Source: an uncultured Chryseobacterium sp.
Lineage (GTDB): Bacteria; Bacteroidota; Bacteroidia; Palsa-965
Assembly: GCA_966211705.1 (NCBI GenBank)
Contig: CBIHOC010000016.1
Coordinates: 44,081 to 108,080, forward strand
Direction: 5' to 3'
DNA length: 64,000 nucleotides
A model generated the notes under the pieces. The model made no database searches. It saw only the letters and a program-made list of their open reading frames with translations, and was not told where the DNA came from. Below are positions 58,978 to 64,000 of the stretch, in pieces. The position numbers and the translations under genes are program-made. Position 1 is the stretch's first letter; each line of letters begins with the position of its first letter.

Positions 58978-59379
58978 ATGAACAGAACGATGAAAAACGC
59001 CTTATGCCTTGTCCCGCTCCTGCTGGTGGGCATGACCGGCGTAACACAGGAAACCCGCCCGGCGACGGCAGCGGTGCAGCAACAGGTGGCTGTCGAAGCA
59101 GAATGGCACCTGGTGGGAACGCAGAACGGCGTCAGCTGCTTCCAGCGGATCGTGCCGATGGGCACGGGTAACGGCGTCCAGGTGCGATTTGTCAACGAAT
59201 CGGCCGGAACGGTTACGATCAACTGGACCGTAAAAGACGGCGGCGCTGTTGCAAACGGTAAGATCGTGCTTGCGGCAGGTGAGTCGGCTGGCCCGGGAAG
59301 CCCGTCTGCAGATGGCACCCAGCTCGCGGTGCGTATTGCTACCGACGCCCCTGTCGTTTCATTCACCGTTTCAAAATGA
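58978..59379 (+). CDS. Hypothetical secreted protein
   Basis: Signal-like N-terminus, beta-rich 133 aa, immediately upstream of the T9SS adhesin. Confidence 0.65.
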   Translation: MNRTMKNALCLVPLLLVGMTGVTQETRPATAAVQQQVAVEAEWHLVGTQNGVSCFQRIVPMGTGNGVQVRFVNESAGTVTINWTVKDGGAVANGKIVLAAGESAGPGSPSADGTQLAVRIATDAPVVSFTVSK

Positions 59380-59387
59380 TCCCTGCC

Positions 59388-61952
59388 ATGAAAACACTCT
59401 ACTCGAAACTTAAAACAAAAGTCGCCCTGGCAGGAACAGCATTGCTGCTCACCACCAGCGCCATCGCCCAGACCGACGTGCTCGTGTGCGGGGCCGCAAG
59501 CCCGCAGAGCTGGCTCGACGACGTGCAGACCAAGCTGATCGCCACAGGCGCTTTCAACTCGGTCGCTACGTATAACCTGTACCTCACCGGAACGCCCACG
59601 CTCGCTTACCTGCAAGGTTTCGACGCGGTGCTGGTGTATACCGATTACGGCCCGATGGATCCCGTAACGTTCGGCAACAACCTCGCCCAGTATATCGACG
59701 GCGGCGGCGGCGTGGTGAACTGTACGTTCTCCAATGCCAGCGTTCTTATTACCGGGAATTTCAACACGACCACCTACCAGGTCATCGTGCCGAACAACGG
59801 GCAGAACAGCTCGCCGCAGCTTACACTCGGCGCCATCCTCGATCCCTGCAGCCCGATCATGACCGGCATCACCAGCTTCGACGGCGGATCGAGCTCTTAC
59901 CGTTCTTCCTCCAGCACGCTCGCTCCCGGCGCATCGTTTGTCGCCAACTGGAGCAACGGTGAATGGCTCGTCGCCAAGAAGGAAAACGTCGGCCCTGCCA
60001 ACGCACGCCGCGCGGACCTCAACTTCTACCCGCCGTCCAGCACGGTGCGTTCCGACTTCTGGGACGCGGCTACGCAAGGCGGACAGCTCATGGCCAACGC
60101 GCTGCTGTGGGTGGCAGGCGTCACCAGCGCATCTGCTCCCCCGGCTACGCCCGGCGCCGTCACCGGCCTCGGAACGATCTGCGAAGGCACTTCCACGACC
60201 TACTCGATCTCTTCGGTAAGCGGCGCAACGGGTTACACCTGGACCGTTCCGGCGGGATCCACGATCTCCGGCGGGCAGGGCACGACCACCATCACGGTTG
60301 TTGCAGGCAACACTTCCGGCAACGTGACGGTGACCGCCGACAACACATGCGGCAGCAGCGCACCCTCCACATTCGCGCTCACCATTAACCCGATGCCGAC
60401 CGTAAGTTCTACCGCATCGCCGGGAACAACAGTTTGCGACGGCACATCTGTCACGCTGAGCGGAACCGGTGCGACTTCGTACACCTGGACCGGCGGAATC
60501 TCCGACGGCGTAGCGTTCACGGCGACAGCAACGACAACGTACACGGTAACCGGAACGGATGGCAACGGCTGCATGAACACGGCAACCACCACCGTCACCG
60601 TCAACCCGCTTCCCACCATCGGTTCCACCGCATCGCCTGCGACGACCGTATGTGAGAACACGAGCGTTACGCTCAGCGGCACCGGCGCATCCTCGTACAC
60701 CTGGACCGGCGGCATCACCGACGGCGTAGCGTTCACGGCAACAACAACGACGACCTATACGGTAACCGGCACTGACGCGAACGGCTGCATCAACACGGCG
60801 ACGGAGACGATCACCGTGAACCCGCTTCCGACGGTTTCTTCCACCGCATCGTCCACATCGATCTGTGCAGGCGACAGCGTAATACTGTCGGGTTCCGGCG
60901 CTTCTACGTATTCCTGGACCAGCAGCGTTGTCGACGGCGTAGCGTTTGCCCCGTCTGTAACCGATACGTACACCGTCACCGGCACGGATGCCAACGGCTG
61001 CGAAAACTCATCTTCGATCACGGTAACCGTTAACGCACTTCCCGTCGTCAGCCTCGGCGCTGATGTCACGCAGTGCGGCGGAACGGTGATGCTCGACGCG
61101 CAGAACGCAGGCAGCACCTACCTCTGGAGCGATTCTGCCGTCACGCAGGTCATCACGGTCGGCATGAGCGGAACGTATTATGTAGACGTCACCGACACGA
61201 ACGGCTGCTCATCCGCCGACACCGTGATGGTTACGATCCTCGACGTGCCGGTAGTGACGTTCGGTGGCGACATCGAACAATGCGGCGGCACCGTCCTGCT
61301 CGATGCGCAGAACGCAGGCAGCACGTACCTCTGGAGCGACAGCACCACCGCGCAGACGCTGACGGTAACGACTTCCGGAACCTATTACGTTACCGTAACA
61401 AACTCCAGCAACTGCACGAGCTCCGACACGATCGACGTTACGATCAACACGCCTCCGACAGTTGCAGGAACTGCATCTGCTTCTTCAGCTTGCGCGGATG
61501 ACGCCAACGTCACGCTGACCGGCACGCCGGCCGGCGGAACCTGGAGCGGCCCGGGCGTGAGCGGCTCGTCTTTCGATCCCTCCGTTGCAGGCACCGGAAC
61601 GCATACCGTTTCCTACATCTTCACCGATCCGAACGGCTGCTCCGACACCGCAACGGTGACGATCTCGGTAAGTCCCTGCGTAGGTGTTGCGGAGCAAACG
61701 CTTGACGGCAACGTAAACGTTTTCCCGAACCCGAACAACGGAACCTTCACCCTCGCGATCGGCGCAGCTGCCGGCGACATGACGGTTGAAGTGGTCGACC
61801 TTTCCGGTCGCCAGGTGTACGTTTCTGTTGAGCAGAACGTGCAGGCCGGCTTCACGAAACAGCTTTCCCTCGACAACGCCGCGGCGGGCATCTACCTGCT
61901 GCGTGTGACGTCGGGAGGTCAGCAGTACGTGCAGAAGATCTCGGTGCAGTAG
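59388..61952 (+). CDS. T9SS cargo adhesin-like protein with Ig/PKD-like repeats
   Basis: Three YxWTxxxxDGVAF...YTVTGTDxNGC repeats, two LDAQNAGSTYLWS repeats and a CTD (VFPNPNNG...KISVQ). Confidence 0.85.
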   Translation: MKTLYSKLKTKVALAGTALLLTTSAIAQTDVLVCGAASPQSWLDDVQTKLIATGAFNSVATYNLYLTGTPTLAYLQGFDAVLVYTDYGPMDPVTFGNNLAQYIDGGGGVVNCTFSNASVLITGNFNTTTYQVIVPNNGQNSSPQLTLGAILDPCSPIMTGITSFDGGSSSYRSSSSTLAPGASFVANWSNGEWLVAKKENVGPANARRADLNFYPPSSTVRSDFWDAATQGGQLMANALLWVAGVTSASAPPATPGAVTGLGTICEGTSTTYSISSVSGATGYTWTVPAGSTISGGQGTTTITVVAGNTSGNVTVTADNTCGSSAPSTFALTINPMPTVSSTASPGTTVCDGTSVTLSGTGATSYTWTGGISDGVAFTATATTTYTVTGTDGNGCMNTATTTVTVNPLPTIGSTASPATTVCENTSVTLSGTGASSYTWTGGITDGVAFTATTTTTYTVTGTDANGCINTATETITVNPLPTVSSTASSTSICAGDSVILSGSGASTYSWTSSVVDGVAFAPSVTDTYTVTGTDANGCENSSSITVTVNALPVVSLGADVTQCGGTVMLDAQNAGSTYLWSDSAVTQVITVGMSGTYYVDVTDTNGCSSADTVMVTILDVPVVTFGGDIEQCGGTVLLDAQNAGSTYLWSDSTTAQTLTVTTSGTYYVTVTNSSNCTSSDTIDVTINTPPTVAGTASASSACADDANVTLTGTPAGGTWSGPGVSGSSFDPSVAGTGTHTVSYIFTDPNGCSDTATVTISVSPCVGVAEQTLDGNVNVFPNPNNGTFTLAIGAAAGDMTVEVVDLSGRQVYVSVEQNVQAGFTKQLSLDNAAAGIYLLRVTSGGQQYVQKISVQ

Positions 61953-61973
61953 GAATTGATCTTGTAAAATGAG

Positions 61974-62005
61974 AAACGGGGAGGCGAGAGCTTCCCCGTT
62001 TTTTT
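61974..62005 (+). terminator. Intrinsic terminator
   Basis: AAACGGGGA...TCCCCGTTT followed by a T-run. Confidence 0.82.
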
Positions 62006-62040
62006 ATTGTCGGGCGCAATTAAGACGAAGCAAATTGGAA

Positions 62041-64000
62041 TCACCGCAACGGCCACGCACACAAATACCTCCCATTATTCCCGCACAGCAGCGTCAATTC
62101 CCCGCTTCCGTTCAAACGGCCGATGCTGAACGGCGTGGTTCCCTGCAACGGGAATCCTTCTGTTTCCATTCCCCCGTTGTTGATGAGGTGAACTTCCGAG
62201 GCCGAACGGCAGAGCGCGCCGATGCGGACGTCTTTGCTGTCGAAGAGGAAGATCATCGGCTTCGGCTCGGCGGGGGAATCGAACGTGTAGCTCATCACCG
62301 GGGCTTTGTCCTGGTTGAAGATCATGAGGCGGTGCGCGTCGAGGAAGATGAACTCGCGGCTGCCGTCGCTGTTGATGTCGCGGTACTCGAAGCCGGGCGA
62401 TTCACCGAAGTCCATGAAGTGCATGCGCTCGAGCTCGTCGTTCAGGCTGAGGCGGCTGACGTTGCCCAATGAGTCGGCGCTGACAATGCGCGTGCGTGAG
62501 AGATCTTTCCCGGGCTCGACGAACACCTGCGTGACGGGCGCGGTCAAACGCTCTTTCAGGTTCAGGCGCATGTTGCCCTGGCGGTCGGTGATGTACGTTT
62601 TTCCACCGCGATCGGCGACGATCACGTAATCTTTTCCTCCCACCGCCGTATGCTGAACGGGAACGACCACGACGTCTTCCGTCACCGGAATTTTCCATCC
62701 CCCGACCTTCGCGCCTTTGATCGTGTAGTTGTACACTTTTTTATCCGCGCAGGCGATGAGCAGGCGGTAGTCGCGCGAGTTTTCGTAATCCATCACGCGC
62801 AGCGTGTTCGTTGCCGGCGCGGGCAGGCGGAGCGGGAAGGGCGCGAGGTCGTTGCCGTTGCGGTCGACGATGTAAATGGAAGAAGCGGTGTTGAAGATGA
62901 GCTGCAGCTTCCCGTTCTTCAGCGCATCCACCTGCTGCACGTCGCCCATGATCTTTTCGGGCAATTGTTTTTTCCAGAGGATCGCGCCCGTGCTGCTGAT
63001 GAGATAGATCTTATTCGCGTCGTCCTGCACGAAAATGTCCATGCCTTTTGTCTTGTGATCGTTCACCAGCCAGGGTTTGCCGCTGAAGGTCGTGTCGAGC
63101 TGCGTTTCCCAGAGCGTGGAAATGTCGCGCTTCGTTTGCGGGTTGTGACGAAGGAAAATGTTGGTGTAATAAAGATCGTTGTCGCCCGCGCTGTATTGCA
63201 GTACAGCCCCGTCGAAGCGGCGCAGCAATCCCGCATGCGCCTGCAGGTCGCCCGCAAAGCTCCCGCCGGCATGCGCTTTCAGCAGGTTGAGCGAATGCCC
63301 CGGCGAAGCGTAAATGGTAATGCTCGCCTCTTCGGAAATGTTCGTCGAGAAATCGGCGTATGCGCGGTTGTTGGCAAGCGTCGTGCGGTTCTCATTCGCA
63401 GCGATGAACGCGCGCAGTGTATTTTCATCCGGCGCAAACACGAGGTAATGCTGCACGACCGTATACCACGCTTCCCGCAGGTCGCCGAACAGTTCTCCGA
63501 ACGTGGCCGGCAACATCCCCGGCACAGGCGATTTCCGGATCACGTAGCCTGTCGAGTCGGTGACCGGTTCCGTGCGCGTGGTGTCGGAACGGTCTTCCAT
63601 GCCGATGAGACTTTCTTTCGCTTCCGCCGTGCGCGCCGTGCTGAGCAGCGCGACCGTTACCGTTCCACCTTCGGGCGCAGGCAATGTCGCCACCGCGATC
63701 TCGTTCCCGAGCCAGCTGCCGATCTGTTTGTCGGGATCGTAGCCGTAGTTCCGTTTCAGCTGCGCGAGCAGGTCGCGGCGTTCGTCGGCGAGCCCTTCCT
63801 GCTCGAGGTGCGTGTCGTAGCGCTGGTTGAAAAGCTGGAAATTGCTGATGCCGTAACACGTGTAGGTGATCGTGGAACCGGGAAGCACCGACGCCACTTC
63901 GACGCGCTGGGGTTGCTGCCCGCTGAAAATGCCGAGGTACTGTTTTGCGGAATCGGGTACCGCGGTGTAACCGTTCATCAGCACGGCGTTCGGGCGAAGC
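62041..64000 (-). CDS. DUF3352-like protein, 5' end outside the window
   Basis: Frame is open to the window edge (LRPNAVLMNG); WLGNEIAV motif and a propeller-like C-terminus. Confidence 0.7.
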   Translation of the reverse strand, partial: LRPNAVLMNGYTAVPDSAKQYLGIFSGQQPQRVEVASVLPGSTITYTCYGISNFQLFNQRYDTHLEQEGLADERRDLLAQLKRNYGYDPDKQIGSWLGNEIAVATLPAPEGGTVTVALLSTARTAEAKESLIGMEDRSDTTRTEPVTDSTGYVIRKSPVPGMLPATFGELFGDLREAWYTVVQHYLVFAPDENTLRAFIAANENRTTLANNRAYADFSTNISEEASITIYASPGHSLNLLKAHAGGSFAGDLQAHAGLLRRFDGAVLQYSAGDNDLYYTNIFLRHNPQTKRDISTLWETQLDTTFSGKPWLVNDHKTKGMDIFVQDDANKIYLISSTGAILWKKQLPEKIMGDVQQVDALKNGKLQLIFNTASSIYIVDRNGNDLAPFPLRLPAPATNTLRVMDYENSRDYRLLIACADKKVYNYTIKGAKVGGWKIPVTEDVVVVPVQHTAVGGKDYVIVADRGGKTYITDRQGNMRLNLKERLTAPVTQVFVEPGKDLSRTRIVSADSLGNVSRLSLNDELERMHFMDFGESPGFEYRDINSDGSREFIFLDAHRLMIFNQDKAPVMSYTFDSPAEPKPMIFLFDSKDVRIGALCRSASEVHLINNGGMETEGFPLQGTTPFSIGRLNGSGELTLLCGNNGRYLCAWPLR

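Noticed and set aside
59900-61500. Internal repeats as a diversity-generating retroelement template/variable pair
   Set aside because: No reverse transcriptase is present and the differences are not adenine-specific by eye; they are domain duplications.

Overview
64 kb of a GC-rich (about 55-60% in sampled coding lines) Bacteroidota chromosome. The assignment rests on TAnnTTTG -7 promoter boxes, four type IX secretion (T9SS) cargo C-terminal domains, and the rplM-rpsI-rpsB-tsf-pyrH-frr order. Most of the window is housekeeping or envelope genes: metH, rfbA, polyprenyl synthase, an MMPL transporter, chrA, hutU, an OmpA protein, peptidoglycan hydrolases and three TPR-SpoIIE/PP2C phosphatases. 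Four things stand out. (1) An AT-rich insertion encodes a 968-aa protein with a HEPN-like RxxxxxH N-terminus, an NB-ARC/STAND NTPase, helical repeats and a C-terminal cold-shock OB fold; it is a candidate single-gene antiviral system. Nearby is a second foreign gene bracketed by 17-bp direct repeats. (2) A 1.1-kb region that the ORF track mostly misses (7.6-8.75 kb, minus strand) holds a promoter, two leader-peptide/terminator units in tandem, and five microprotein ORFs of 22-55 aa. (3) A REP-associated tyrosine transposase (RAYT) sits beside a 42-bp palindrome, and a covarying GTAG-type REP lies 22 kb away. (4) At least eight families of short-period palindromic intergenic repeats abut stop codons and are sometimes nested. 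No rRNA, tRNA or CRISPR array was seen. All family names come from motif recognition, not database searches.
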